Part shown: positions 9,446 through 19,496 of the stretch, piece by piece
How positions within the stretch are numbered: the stretch's first letter is position 1
Layout of the letters: every line of letters begins with the position of its first letter
From: Actinomycetota bacterium
GTDB lineage: Bacteria > Actinomycetota > Actinomycetes > S36-B12 > UBA5976
Assembly (NCBI GenBank): GCA_041192345.1
Contig: JBEEND010000001.1
Coordinates: forward strand, 87,068-151,067
DNA length: 64,000 nucleotides
Reading direction: 5' to 3'
Translations under genes and position numbers: made by a program
Notes under the pieces: model-generated
What the model was told of the DNA's origin: nothing
What the model saw: the letters and a program-made list of their open reading frames with translations, nothing else
The model's database searches: none

Positions 9446-10885
9446 GTGGTCGTTGGAGAAATGCCTTCATCAGTTGACTTACTTGTCATAGGCGGCGGCC
9501 CTGGTGGGTATGTTGCAGCAATAGCCGCTGCGCAATTGGGACGCAGCGTAGTTTTGGTTGACAGCAATGGCGAGGCCGGCTTGGGCGGCGTGTGTGTAAA
9601 CGTTGGCTGCATCCCGTCTAAAGCGTTAATTGAACTCGCACATGCGACACACAGCATTACTGATTGGGCAGCGCGTGGTATGAAAATCTCCGCGCAACCA
9701 AGTGTTGACATGAAAGATTTTCAAACTTGGAAAAATGAAGTGGTGACTGGACTAAATGGTGGCGTTCGACAATTACTTAAAACTGCCGGTGTTGAAGTCC
9801 GACAAGGCTTTTTTAGATTTACTCGCAAAGATCAAGGTGTTCTAGAGTTTGGCGAGGCGCCCCCAACTCACATCCAATTTAATAACGCCATCATTGCAAC
9901 AGGTTCTCGCCCCACCATGATTGCCGAATTACCACATGACGGCAGCCGCATCCTAGATTCATCAGACGTGTTGTCACTGGAGGTTTTGCCAAAAACCATT
10001 GCGATTGTTGGTGCTGGCTACATTGGCGTGGAACTGGGCACTGCTCTTGCGCAACTTGGCTCGACAGTTTTCATGATCGAGGCTGCCGATCGAATTCTGC
10101 CAGCACTGCCAGCAACATTAGTTGCGCCAGTTGCCCGTAGGCTCGCAGAAATTGGTGTTGAAGTCCGCACAAAAACTACAGTTGTCTCAGACGATGGTAA
10201 ATGTCTGACAGTGACAACTGACGGTGTTGCTTCACAAATAGCTGTGGATTATGTTGTGGTGGCAATTGGTCGCACGCCAAACACCGATGACTTGGGTCTT
10301 GAAGTAATAGGCGTTAAACCGAATGCTCGTGGAATTCTAGAAGTTGGCGCAGATCTTTTGGTCACTCCGAAGATCGCAGCAATCGGAGACATTACGCCGG
10401 GACCCGCGTTGGCACATAAAGCAAGCGCTGAAGCTCACGTTGCAGCTGAAGTTTTGAGCGGTCATGCAGCGCGCTTTGATCCAACTGCAATCCCAGCGGT
10501 AATTTTTAGTGATCCAGAAATTGCTATGACTGGACTAACGCTGGAAGAAGCAAGCGCAGCTGGTTACTCAGCGCAATTTGCCATGTTCCCAATGGCAGCA
10601 TCTGGACGGGCATTTACTTTGGGCGACAAAGCTGGTTTTGCACAATTGGTTCACACAACAGATGGCGTTGTTTTAGGCGCTCAAATTGTTGGACCCCGCG
10701 CCTCGGAATACATTGCTGAAGTTACTTTGGCAATTGAAATGGGCGCAAGTTTGCAAGATTTAGCTGACACCATTCACCCACATCCATCGATGAGTGAGAC
10801 TTTGCCCGAAGCTGCTCGTGTGGGCCTGGGTTTTCCAATTCATGTTTCACCAAAACGTCAACGTAATAACTCAGAAGGGAAGTAA
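9446..10885 (+). CDS. lpd: dihydrolipoyl dehydrogenase E3 component
   Basis: GGGPGGY FAD motif, redox-active disulfide GGVCVNVGCIPSK, and the C-terminal HPHPSMSE dimerisation motif. Start is GTG 9446 or ATG 9461. Confidence 0.9.
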   Translation: MVVGEMPSSVDLLVIGGGPGGYVAAIAAAQLGRSVVLVDSNGEAGLGGVCVNVGCIPSKALIELAHATHSITDWAARGMKISAQPSVDMKDFQTWKNEVVTGLNGGVRQLLKTAGVEVRQGFFRFTRKDQGVLEFGEAPPTHIQFNNAIIATGSRPTMIAELPHDGSRILDSSDVLSLEVLPKTIAIVGAGYIGVELGTALAQLGSTVFMIEAADRILPALPATLVAPVARRLAEIGVEVRTKTTVVSDDGKCLTVTTDGVASQIAVDYVVVAIGRTPNTDDLGLEVIGVKPNARGILEVGADLLVTPKIAAIGDITPGPALAHKASAEAHVAAEVLSGHAARFDPTAIPAVIFSDPEIAMTGLTLEEASAAGYSAQFAMFPMAASGRAFTLGDKAGFAQLVHTTDGVVLGAQIVGPRASEYIAEVTLAIEMGASLQDLADTIHPHPSMSETLPEAARVGLGFPIHVSPKRQRNNSEGK

Positions 10886-10894
10886 CATATACAA

Positions 10895-12217
10895 ATGCGT
10901 ATTACCGAAGCCGACAAGAAGTTCCTTAAAGCTGACATTGAGGTACTTAAGGCCCCAGAACTAGATTCCCCGCCAGCACAGCGATTACCTGAAGTAATCG
11001 AAACCGTTTCAAGGATGTTGCTCGAGATCGAGAAAAACGGCATTGATGCAGTCAAGAAGTACTCCCGTGATCTTGATAAGTGGGATAAAGATTTTGAACT
11101 TAGCGCTGCTGACTTAGCAAAAACTGGTGACACTTTGTCGCCAGAACTACGCAAGGCACTAGAAATTGGTTCAGAGCGCACCAAGATGTTTGCAGTTGAA
11201 ACTCGTAAGCACCTGGTTGATTTCGAATTAGAAACAACTCCAGGTGTGGTTCTTGGTCAGAAATATATTCCAATCGAGCGCGTTGGCGCATACTTACCTG
11301 CTGGTAACTTCCCAATTCTTTCCTCTGCATTCATGACGGTTGGGGTTTCAAAAGTTGCTGGCGTACCAATGACGATGGCTTGCACACCACCGATGTCAGA
11401 GTCTGGCGGTAATCCTGCTGTGCTTTACTCGGCATACCTATCTGGTGTTGATCGCACATTTATCATTGGTGGCGTTCAAGCATTAGCAGCTATGACTTTT
11501 GGACTACTTGGCGAAAAGCCAGTGGACATTCTTGTTGGCGCTGGAAATGCTTATGTTGCGGAAGCAAAGCGTCAACTTTTTGGTCGCGTTGGAATTGACT
11601 TACTTGCTGGTCCATCGGAAGTTGCGGTTATTGCCGATGACACTGCTGATGCCCGGATGGTTGCTTGCGACTTACTTGGTCAAGCAGAACACGGCATGCA
11701 GTCTCCAGCCTCACTTGTTACAACATCTCGCGAATTAGGTATGGCAGTTATTCTGGAAGTGAAGCGTCAACTCGCAGAACTTTCTACGGAATACATTGCC
11801 GGCCCAGCTTGGCGTGACTATGGCACGGTTTATTTAGTTAAGACTCCAGATGATGCCATTGAAGTTATGGATACTTTGGCGCCAGAGCACTTGGAAATCT
11901 TGACTGGTGACAATGACTATTACTTAAAGCACTTGAAGAACTATGGCTCACTGTTTATCGGAGAATGGTCCACAGTTTCTTACGCTGATAAGGGAACAAC
12001 TGGAACTAACCACGTGCTTCCAACTGGTGGCGGCGCTAAGTACACATCCGGCTTGTCAGTTGGTCGTTTCTTAAAGCCAGTTACTTACCAAACCTCAACT
12101 CGCGAATCCACTATGCAAGTTGCTCCTCATAACTCAGCAATTGCAGGGTTTGAGGGTATGTCCGCTCATAAGGCAACTGCTGACCTGCGAATTGAGTTAC
12201 TAAACGCTGGAAAGTAA
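10895..12217 (+). CDS. histidinol-dehydrogenase-family (HisD-like) NAD-dependent dehydrogenase, paralogue outside a his operon
   Basis: 440 aa with HisD-family signatures (LLGQAEHG, APEHLEI, GTNHVLPTGG). It lies immediately after the E3 gene and no other his genes are nearby. Confidence 0.75.
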   Translation: MRITEADKKFLKADIEVLKAPELDSPPAQRLPEVIETVSRMLLEIEKNGIDAVKKYSRDLDKWDKDFELSAADLAKTGDTLSPELRKALEIGSERTKMFAVETRKHLVDFELETTPGVVLGQKYIPIERVGAYLPAGNFPILSSAFMTVGVSKVAGVPMTMACTPPMSESGGNPAVLYSAYLSGVDRTFIIGGVQALAAMTFGLLGEKPVDILVGAGNAYVAEAKRQLFGRVGIDLLAGPSEVAVIADDTADARMVACDLLGQAEHGMQSPASLVTTSRELGMAVILEVKRQLAELSTEYIAGPAWRDYGTVYLVKTPDDAIEVMDTLAPEHLEILTGDNDYYLKHLKNYGSLFIGEWSTVSYADKGTTGTNHVLPTGGGAKYTSGLSVGRFLKPVTYQTSTRESTMQVAPHNSAIAGFEGMSAHKATADLRIELLNAGK

Positions 12218-12226
12218 ATCCAAAAA

Positions 12227-12266
12227 CTAAAGCCCGCTCTCAGATTTGGGAGCGGGCTTTAGTTTT
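12227..12266. terminator. bidirectional rho-independent terminator between the HisD-like gene and kup
   Basis: Perfect hairpin CTAAAGCCCGCTC / GAGCGGGCTTTAG (12227-12239 and 12250-12262) with A-run and T-run flanks. It sits between convergent genes. Confidence 0.8.
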
Positions 12267-12271
12267 GATTC

Positions 12272-14164
12272 TTATAAATCGATTCGAGTTCCGATTGTTA
12301 TTACTCGGCCATAAGGCAGCCCATAGAACTGAGTTGGCGAAACTGCATTTCGGTGCAAGATCTCAAAGATGTTCTCAGTACGTTTTCCTAAATTTCCCGC
12401 TTCAGAAGCTAAGAAGTGACGCTCAGATAAATAGTAAGTTGCCGTTTCTTCAACTCCACTTGTCAGAACTTCACGTTGTAATACCTCAGGAATCACAATC
12501 GTTTCCATGTACCCGGAGAAAATTGTTACTAAGCAAAGGCGGTCAGTTATGTGATCCACCAAAACTGGGGTGTTACTGATCGGCTGAGCATCTGATTTTA
12601 CCGTGACAACAATTACGGATTCAGGTAAAGAATGCATGATCGTCACGTGTGAGATTAAAGCTGACGGAACAACTTCAGCTGGTGATGCTAAGAAAATTCC
12701 AACTCCTGGAACCATTGCGATCTCGCCTGATTCACATCCAGCATATATTTCTTGCCAAGTTCGACTGGATTCTCGCATCTTTCGATTAAGCGCACGATTG
12801 CCTGCGCGCCAAATTAGCATCACTGCAAGGATCAATGCGCCTAGTACAACCGGAACCCAACCACCATCGAAGAATCTGCTTGCAGTTCCAATTAAGAATG
12901 CAATATCCAAGGATAAAAAGATGGCTGCCAGTGGCACGATTTTCCAAAGTGGCCATTTCCAAACTTGTCTCGCCACGATGGTAAACGCAATTGTTGTTAC
13001 TGACATAGTCCCTGCAATCGCAAGCACGTATGCACTGGCCAGGGCAGAGGACGATTTAAATGCAATAACCAATGCGATGCTGGTGAAGCCAACTAGCCAG
13101 TTTGCAATGGGGACATAGATTTGTCCCTCTTGATCGGCATTAGTGTGGCGAATTGTGAGTCGAGGGAATAATCCCAATTGCACAGCCTGTCGAGAGAGTG
13201 AGAACACTCCAGTTATTAAGGCTTGGGATGCAACGATAGTTGCTGCGGTGGCAACAATTACCAAAATTAACGTCGTAGTTTTATTTGGCGCAAGTGCAAA
13301 GAATGGATTTGAAATTGCCGCTGGGTCGTTCATTAAAACTGCTGCTTGGCCCAGGTAGCTCAACACCAATGCTGGTCCAACAATTATTGCCCAAGCAATC
13401 CGAATCGGCTTTGCTCCAAAGTGTCCCATGTCGGTATAGAGAGCTTCTGCTCCTGTTACCACAAGAATGACAGCTGCTAAAACAAAAACCGAATGCAAAC
13501 CATGGTCTAGAAAATATTGAATTGCATAAGTTGGCGAAAGTGCTTTCAAAACTTCAGGATGTTGCAAAATTCGGTAGATACCCAGAGATCCAATTAGCGC
13601 AAACCAAACAAAAGTAACTGGACCAAAGATTTTACCTATGGTGTTAGTGCCGCGAGATTGCACGGCAAAAAGAATTGCAAGAATGAAAACGGTAGCTGGA
13701 ACGGCTACTACCGCTAAATCAGGATTGATAAGTGCGAGCCCTTCAGTTGCCGAGAGCACACTAATGGCTGGTGTCAGTACGCCATCGCCGAAAAGCAGAG
13801 AGGTGCCAATAAGCACCAGAATCAAAAGTGCTAAATGTTTCCTAGATTTAGGGGAGCGGATGTGCTCTGGCATTAATGAAAGTAATGCCAGCATTCCACC
13901 TTCGCCTTTGTTATCGGCTCGCATTACGAAAGTTAAGTACTTGAGTGAAACTACGAGCATCAAGGCCCAAAAAATCATGGAAGCTATTCCAAAAATTTGA
14001 TCCGGTTCAGACCCAGAGATTAAAAACGTCTGTTTCATGGCATAGATAGGGCTCGTGCCAATGTCGCCGAACACTACTCCGGTGGCTCCAAGCACTAGAG
14101 CGGGAGTTCCAGCTTTGGTTGCGTGATTAGAGTTTGCTGCTTTTTTGCCATTTGGCTTGAACAT
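12272..14164 (-). CDS. kup: KUP/HAK/KT family potassium transporter
   Basis: 630 aa with the KUP signature VVFGDIGTSPIYA near the N-terminus, a polytopic membrane domain and a cytoplasmic C-terminal domain. Confidence 0.9.
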   Translation of the reverse strand: MFKPNGKKAANSNHATKAGTPALVLGATGVVFGDIGTSPIYAMKQTFLISGSEPDQIFGIASMIFWALMLVVSLKYLTFVMRADNKGEGGMLALLSLMPEHIRSPKSRKHLALLILVLIGTSLLFGDGVLTPAISVLSATEGLALINPDLAVVAVPATVFILAILFAVQSRGTNTIGKIFGPVTFVWFALIGSLGIYRILQHPEVLKALSPTYAIQYFLDHGLHSVFVLAAVILVVTGAEALYTDMGHFGAKPIRIAWAIIVGPALVLSYLGQAAVLMNDPAAISNPFFALAPNKTTTLILVIVATAATIVASQALITGVFSLSRQAVQLGLFPRLTIRHTNADQEGQIYVPIANWLVGFTSIALVIAFKSSSALASAYVLAIAGTMSVTTIAFTIVARQVWKWPLWKIVPLAAIFLSLDIAFLIGTASRFFDGGWVPVVLGALILAVMLIWRAGNRALNRKMRESSRTWQEIYAGCESGEIAMVPGVGIFLASPAEVVPSALISHVTIMHSLPESVIVVTVKSDAQPISNTPVLVDHITDRLCLVTIFSGYMETIVIPEVLQREVLTSGVEETATYYLSERHFLASEAGNLGKRTENIFEILHRNAVSPTQFYGLPYGRVITIGTRIDL

Positions 14165-14235
14165 CTAAAATCTCTCGGTACATCGGTGCACTTGGGTGAG
14201 CACGCTCTTTATCTTAGACAACTGCTGGGAATGGT

Positions 14236-15705
14236 TTACTCATCTGGGGCTTTCGCCACTTTTAAAGACTGGATTTTTGCGGGACGAGTCGGGCTCATTA
14301 GTAACTCAAGTTCAATTAGTCCAGATTCACCTGAAACGAGCCACTTTCCATGTGCTGGCGTATTTGAAGTCATACTGCCAGCCACCCGAGTAACACCAGA
14401 ACTACTAAGCACAATGCGAGCAATTGCAGCGGCTCGCTCCAAGCGTGGCTGATCAAGATCCATATTGCTAGCAAAGTTTTCATCTGCAATCTCGTCATCC
14501 CATGCAGTTATCAACTTTTCTACTAATGACATAGCAGCAGCAGTTTCCTGCCAAACATCAGATTCAGTTACAACTTTTGGCACTACGAAATCTCGAACAA
14601 TCATGGCAAGCGCCTCACTTGCAGCAAAGACCATTGGCGCATAAGTGCGATTACCCAGTGCCACAATTCCCCAACCAGATGCTGGATGCCATCGCATGTG
14701 GGAACCAAAGCCGGGGTAGCCGCCACTGTGCGAAACAAAGCGACCCAAGATCGAATCGTCGTCGACCATCAGCCCAAAAGCATATGAAGTAGTTATTGAC
14801 TTGATTTTGTTTGCATAATCATCATGTGACGCAGCGGTACGAGCATGTCGTTGCGGTTCTTGCATTTCGCGCCGACTCCAACTTTGCAGTGGATGAGTCG
14901 AAGATTCATTCCAAGCGGATTGAAAACCAGTAACCCATTTAGCAAGGTCGGCAACACTACTCAGTAACCCACCCATTGGGCTAAATGCTCCAGGAATAGT
15001 TAATGGCTCAGGCACAAAACCCGAAGCAAATTCTGCGTAACCTTGTACAAATTGCGCTGGCACCACATTTGATTGATGAAATGTGGTCGAAGACATTTCT
15101 AGTGGTGCGTGAATTTCATTTGCAACAAACTCCAAATAATCAACGCCACTAGTCACCGTAATGATCCGACCAAGAAGCGCGTAACCGAGATTTGAATACT
15201 CAAAACCCATGCGAGGTGCTCGAGTGAAGGAAAGGCCTTGGCTTACCAAGTCATCAAATGCTTCGATTTCCAAACTTTCTTGGCGATCGCCCCAGGGATC
15301 ATCTGTTGGGAATCCCGCATTCATAGTTAGTAAATCGCGAATTGTAATTACGTGCCCAAATTCTGGGATTCCAATGCTGTCGGTCCAAGGCAGATACGTA
15401 GTGATGTCATCATCTAGTCGAAGTAGACCTCGATCGCGAAGCAACAAAATTGCCATTGCAGTAAAACTCTTGGTCATGGAAGCTATGCGAAAAACACTTT
15501 CTTGCGTCGGAGTGTCCCGAGAATCAATTACTGTTTCGCCGAATCCATTGAAGTGAATTAGCTCGCCATCCTTGATCAAGCCATAAGCAATTCCCGGGAT
15601 ATTCTTATCAAGTTTGTAACTAGAAAAGCGTTGGTCCAGCAAATCGAAGATATGTTCGTAATCCATACTCTCCATATTGTCACTTTGTACTCTGCGTGCA
15701 TGCAC
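14236..15705 (-). CDS. serine hydrolase, beta-lactamase/transpeptidase-like family (class C / D-aminopeptidase-like)
   Basis: SxxK motif (ASMTKSFTA) and a YSN-like motif (EYSNLGYALLG), with an extra C-terminal domain. The start may be the internal MESMDY at about 15675. Confidence 0.75.
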   Translation of the reverse strand: MHARRVQSDNMESMDYEHIFDLLDQRFSSYKLDKNIPGIAYGLIKDGELIHFNGFGETVIDSRDTPTQESVFRIASMTKSFTAMAILLLRDRGLLRLDDDITTYLPWTDSIGIPEFGHVITIRDLLTMNAGFPTDDPWGDRQESLEIEAFDDLVSQGLSFTRAPRMGFEYSNLGYALLGRIITVTSGVDYLEFVANEIHAPLEMSSTTFHQSNVVPAQFVQGYAEFASGFVPEPLTIPGAFSPMGGLLSSVADLAKWVTGFQSAWNESSTHPLQSWSRREMQEPQRHARTAASHDDYANKIKSITTSYAFGLMVDDDSILGRFVSHSGGYPGFGSHMRWHPASGWGIVALGNRTYAPMVFAASEALAMIVRDFVVPKVVTESDVWQETAAAMSLVEKLITAWDDEIADENFASNMDLDQPRLERAAAIARIVLSSSGVTRVAGSMTSNTPAHGKWLVSGESGLIELELLMSPTRPAKIQSLKVAKAPDE

Positions 15706-15780
15706 GCAATAATTAAGTTCTGCGATGGCAGCGTTCTTCTCGTAGATTTATGAGGCAACGTTAACTAAGGAGAAATTACA

Positions 15781-16713
15781 GTGGCGACAAATGCGTTACA
15801 AGAACGCTTTGGCACCAGATTTCGCCGCATCATCACAAATACCGAAGATGGTGTTCCACCTTGGATGGCAGCCGTTGAGTCCGGGCAAACCCGAGGACTA
15901 TATCTCCCGCACGATGCACCATGGGTTGTTCATGGGGATGTCGCCACTTTAATCGGTGGAATTCGCGCATTATTAATGCAAGCTCTCCATCCAGGAAGTC
16001 TCACTGGAGTTGAACAACATTCCAGATACGAGCACGATCCACTTGGTCGTCTGGCGGGAACCACCAGGTGGTTAACAATTGCAACGTTCGGATCCGCTGA
16101 GGCCTTGGAAGCTGAGTCAACTCGGGTAAATCGCATGCATGATCACGTAAAAGGTCAGTATGTGACTGGTGCTGGTGTTACTAAAGATTACAAGGCAGCT
16201 GATCCAGATTTACTTGCCTGGGTACACATCGCTTTTACTGATTCATTCTTAACGACACATGAGCTTTTCGGCGAAGAAAAAATTCCCGGTGGAGCAGATG
16301 AATACGTTTCCCAGTGGTCAAAATCTGTTGTGCCACTTGGACTCACAAACGCACCGATGTCTCGCGCAGAATTAAAGGCCGAAATAAAAAGATATAAAGA
16401 CGAGGGAATTCTTTCGACGAGTGAAACCACTAAGCAAGTTGTGGAATTTATTCGTAAGCCGCCGTTATCGCGCGCTGCGCTAATTGCGTATGACCGAATG
16501 TTTGATGGCGCAGTTGCTTCGATACCCGCAGACTTACAAGCAATGCTTGGGCTTAAGGGCAAGAGTTTAAATGTTGCCGGCCCGATAACTCGTGGCTTGT
16601 TGCGAGCCATGCGCCTAGCTCTTGGACCAATTTCGCCATTGGAAGTTGCTGCGATTTCGCGCTTGAAGCGCACTGGCGATCTTCCACCAGAGTTCACTTC
16701 ACCAAAAATATAA
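15781..16713 (+). CDS. MpaB/DUF2236-family oxygenase-like protein
   Basis: 310 aa with a GTG start. The pattern LLMQALHPGSL...RLAGTTRWL is typical of DUF2236, recalled from memory. Confidence 0.55.
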   Translation: MATNALQERFGTRFRRIITNTEDGVPPWMAAVESGQTRGLYLPHDAPWVVHGDVATLIGGIRALLMQALHPGSLTGVEQHSRYEHDPLGRLAGTTRWLTIATFGSAEALEAESTRVNRMHDHVKGQYVTGAGVTKDYKAADPDLLAWVHIAFTDSFLTTHELFGEEKIPGGADEYVSQWSKSVVPLGLTNAPMSRAELKAEIKRYKDEGILSTSETTKQVVEFIRKPPLSRAALIAYDRMFDGAVASIPADLQAMLGLKGKSLNVAGPITRGLLRAMRLALGPISPLEVAAISRLKRTGDLPPEFTSPKI

Positions 16714-16715
16714 AA

Positions 16716-17471
16716 TTACATTCTTAAGTAAGAAGCGCCGTTGAAGTCGAGCACCGCTCCACTTGCCCACAACGAATCTTTCGAAGCCAAGAAATAAATA
16801 GCACGTGCTAATTCATCCGGCTCAGCAACGCGACCAAATGGACTTTGATTACGAATTTCATCCCCAGTTGGACCATCAAGTAAGACTGCTGCCATTTCGG
16901 TATCCACAAATCCAGGAGCTAATGTTGTTACGCCAATGCCTTCGGGTGCAAGGGCTTTGGCAATTGATTGACCAAAGGCAACAATTGCAGCTTTACTTGC
17001 GCCGTACGCCGGACTTACTGGTTCACCGCGAAATGCGCCACGAGATCCAACGTTTACGATTCGAGAATCACCATGACGTGGCATGTGTTGCAGCGCGCAC
17101 CAAGTCACGTTGGCTGCGCCAACTAAATTAATGCCTAAAGTATCAGCCCAAGCCTGCTGCCAAACTTCATAACTTGAAGACTCAATTGGGTGATCAAAAA
17201 ATACCCCCGCATTATTAATCAAAATATCTATCTGACCAAATTCTTTTGCCACTTGATCGACCATGGTTTTAATAGCAGCAGCATCTCGAAGATCTGCCTG
17301 CACAACAATGTGCCCAGTTCCAGGAAGGCCAGCAAGAACTTCTTTAGCTAGATCGCCATTAGCGCTGTAATGAACCGCAATGCGATCCCCTTGTGTTGCA
17401 AAGTGCTTTGCAATGCTGGCACCAATTCCGCGTGAACCACCGGTTACTAAAACGCTACGTTGATTAGTCAT
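16716..17471 (-). CDS. SDR family oxidoreductase
   Basis: TGGSRGIG, NNAG and YGASK (YxxxK) motifs. Confidence 0.85.
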   Translation of the reverse strand: MTNQRSVLVTGGSRGIGASIAKHFATQGDRIAVHYSANGDLAKEVLAGLPGTGHIVVQADLRDAAAIKTMVDQVAKEFGQIDILINNAGVFFDHPIESSSYEVWQQAWADTLGINLVGAANVTWCALQHMPRHGDSRIVNVGSRGAFRGEPVSPAYGASKAAIVAFGQSIAKALAPEGIGVTTLAPGFVDTEMAAVLLDGPTGDEIRNQSPFGRVAEPDELARAIYFLASKDSLWASGAVLDFNGASYLRM

Positions 17472-17483
17472 ACCGAGAGCGTA

Positions 17484-18527
17484 CTAAATTGTGGCGGTAT
17501 CAATGACGAAACGGTAGCGAACATCACTAGCTAGCACCCGATCGTAAGCAGCATCGATTTCACTGGCTGCAATGACTTCGATGTCACTTGTAATGTTGTG
17601 CTCACCGCAAAAATCAAGCATTTCTTGAGTTTCTTTAATGCTTCCAATGTTCGAACCCGACAGGCTGAGCTGGCGATTCATTAACGAAAAACCATCAATT
17701 GCGTATGGCTTTCCTGGTGCCCCAACGACAACGAGTGATCCCCATTGCCGCAAGATGTTGATGTAGCGACGAAGTTCAATGTCTGCCGAAACAGTGTTGA
17801 TGATGATGTCGATGGTGTTAGACAATTCTTTTAAGGCAACGCGGTCACTGGTGTCAACGAAGTGATGAGCTCCCATTGCCAGCGCGTCTTCGCGCTTGCT
17901 TGCACTGTGACTTAAAACCGTAACTCGGGCTCCCATTGCGACAGCGATCTTTACTGCCATGTGTCCTAGTCCACCCAATCCAAGCACTGCAACATTTTTG
18001 CCCGGTCCAGCGTTCCAATGGCGAAGTGGGGAATAAGTTGTGATGCCTGCGCAAAGCAGTGGCGCAGTACCGGCGCGATCTAAGTGAGCTGGAACTTTCA
18101 AGGCATAGTCCGCTTTGACCACAATGTTCTTGGAGTAACCACCGTAGGTAGGTGTCACGCCATCGCGTTCCATACCGTTGTAGGTGTACGCTGAGTTATC
18201 AAGGCACCAGTGATCGTTACCGTTTAGGCAGTATTCACACTCGCCACATGAATCAACAAAACAACCAACACCAGCGATGTCACCAACCTTGAACTTTTTT
18301 ACATCTGTGCCAACTGCAACAACTGTGCCGACAATTTCATGCCCAGGCACCATGGGAAACTTGGCAGCGCCCCACTCTTCTTTAACTTGGTGGATATCAG
18401 AATGACAGATTCCGGCAAATTCAATGTCAATTGAAATATCGTTAGCGCCGACATCGCGGCGCTGGAACTCCCAAGGCTCAATTTTCCCGTTTGGTGTTAA
18501 GGCTGCGTAGCCCTTGGTAATTGTCAT
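17484..18527 (-). CDS. zinc-dependent NAD(P) alcohol dehydrogenase (cinnamyl-alcohol-dehydrogenase-like)
   Basis: GHEIVGTVVAVG, structural-zinc Cys cluster CGECEYCLNGNDHWC, and GLGGLGH Rossmann motif. Confidence 0.85.
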   Translation of the reverse strand: MTITKGYAALTPNGKIEPWEFQRRDVGANDISIDIEFAGICHSDIHQVKEEWGAAKFPMVPGHEIVGTVVAVGTDVKKFKVGDIAGVGCFVDSCGECEYCLNGNDHWCLDNSAYTYNGMERDGVTPTYGGYSKNIVVKADYALKVPAHLDRAGTAPLLCAGITTYSPLRHWNAGPGKNVAVLGLGGLGHMAVKIAVAMGARVTVLSHSASKREDALAMGAHHFVDTSDRVALKELSNTIDIIINTVSADIELRRYINILRQWGSLVVVGAPGKPYAIDGFSLMNRQLSLSGSNIGSIKETQEMLDFCGEHNITSDIEVIAASEIDAAYDRVLASDVRYRFVIDTATI

Positions 18528-18591
18528 TGCTGCTCCTGAAGTACCTTTGCGATTATTTCCGCAAGTCTATCGAAGCAAAAATTAATTGCCG

Positions 18592-19101
18592 TTAGAGGTT
18601 AAAGCCTTCGTGCTGCAAAAGCTTGGCCTTCAATTCAATACCGAAACCATAACCGCCTAACGCACCACCTGTTTTAACTACTCGATGACACGGCACAATT
18701 GGCGCGATCAAATTTGTTGCCATTGCAGTTCCAGCAGCGCGAACTGCTAACGGCCGACCAGCTTTCGCAGCCAAGTCAGCGTAGGAAATAACAGTGCCAC
18801 CACGAACTTTGCGAAGCGATTTCCAAACTGCTTGGGTGAACTCGCCACCAGGTTGGCGAACTTTAAGGGCGTTGAAAGCATCCACATCACCAGCGATCCA
18901 GTCATTTACGATTGCGCTAACACCAGCAAGTTTTGAATCGGACTTAAATTCAACAATGCTTAATTTGTGCCCAGACTTCTTTAAGAATTTTGGAATGTCG
19001 CTAAACGCTGCGCCGATTACTACGGGTTCCTTACTGACATCAACAAAGGTTGCAATTGGTCCCCATGGAGTTTTGATTTCGTAACCCAACACTGAATTCA
19101 T
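18592..19101 (-). CDS. ogt: methylated-DNA-protein-cysteine methyltransferase
   Basis: Active-site PCHRVV motif. I start at MNSVLGYEI (ATG 19101) because the track start at 19134 overlaps the upstream VOC gene by 31 nt. Confidence 0.85.
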   Translation of the reverse strand: MNSVLGYEIKTPWGPIATFVDVSKEPVVIGAAFSDIPKFLKKSGHKLSIVEFKSDSKLAGVSAIVNDWIAGDVDAFNALKVRQPGGEFTQAVWKSLRKVRGGTVISYADLAAKAGRPLAVRAAGTAMATNLIAPIVPCHRVVKTGGALGGYGFGIELKAKLLQHEGFNL

Positions 19102-19103
19102 AA

Positions 19104-19496
19104 CTACTGACCTTTGCGTTCGATGAAATCCCATTTGTTGCCATACTTATCGGCGAACACGACGACCTTGCCAAATTCCTCGTAACGTGGCTCTTCGGTG
19201 AACGCAATATTATGTTTGGCCATGCGGGCATAGTCGCGATCAAAGTCGTCGGTGTAAAGAAAAAACATGACTCGCCCACCAGATTGATTTCCAATCGCTC
19301 TGCTCTGCTCTGGTGACGCCGCCTGCGCGAGTAACAAAGCTGCGCCTTGATTTTCATCAGGTGCGACAACAACCCAACGTTTAGTCTCAGACATCTTGGT
19401 GTCTTCCACCAAAGTGAATCCAAGTGCGGTTGTGTAGTAATCGATTGCTGTGTCGTAGTCATCGACCACAACGGTGATCATTCCAAGGTGAGACAT
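19104..19496 (-). CDS. VOC (glyoxalase/bleomycin-resistance/dioxygenase) family protein
   Basis: 130 aa, a typical single VOC module (MITVVVDDYDTAIDYYTTALGFTLVED). Confidence 0.7.
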   Translation of the reverse strand: MSHLGMITVVVDDYDTAIDYYTTALGFTLVEDTKMSETKRWVVVAPDENQGAALLLAQAASPEQSRAIGNQSGGRVMFFLYTDDFDRDYARMAKHNIAFTEEPRYEEFGKVVVFADKYGNKWDFIERKGQ

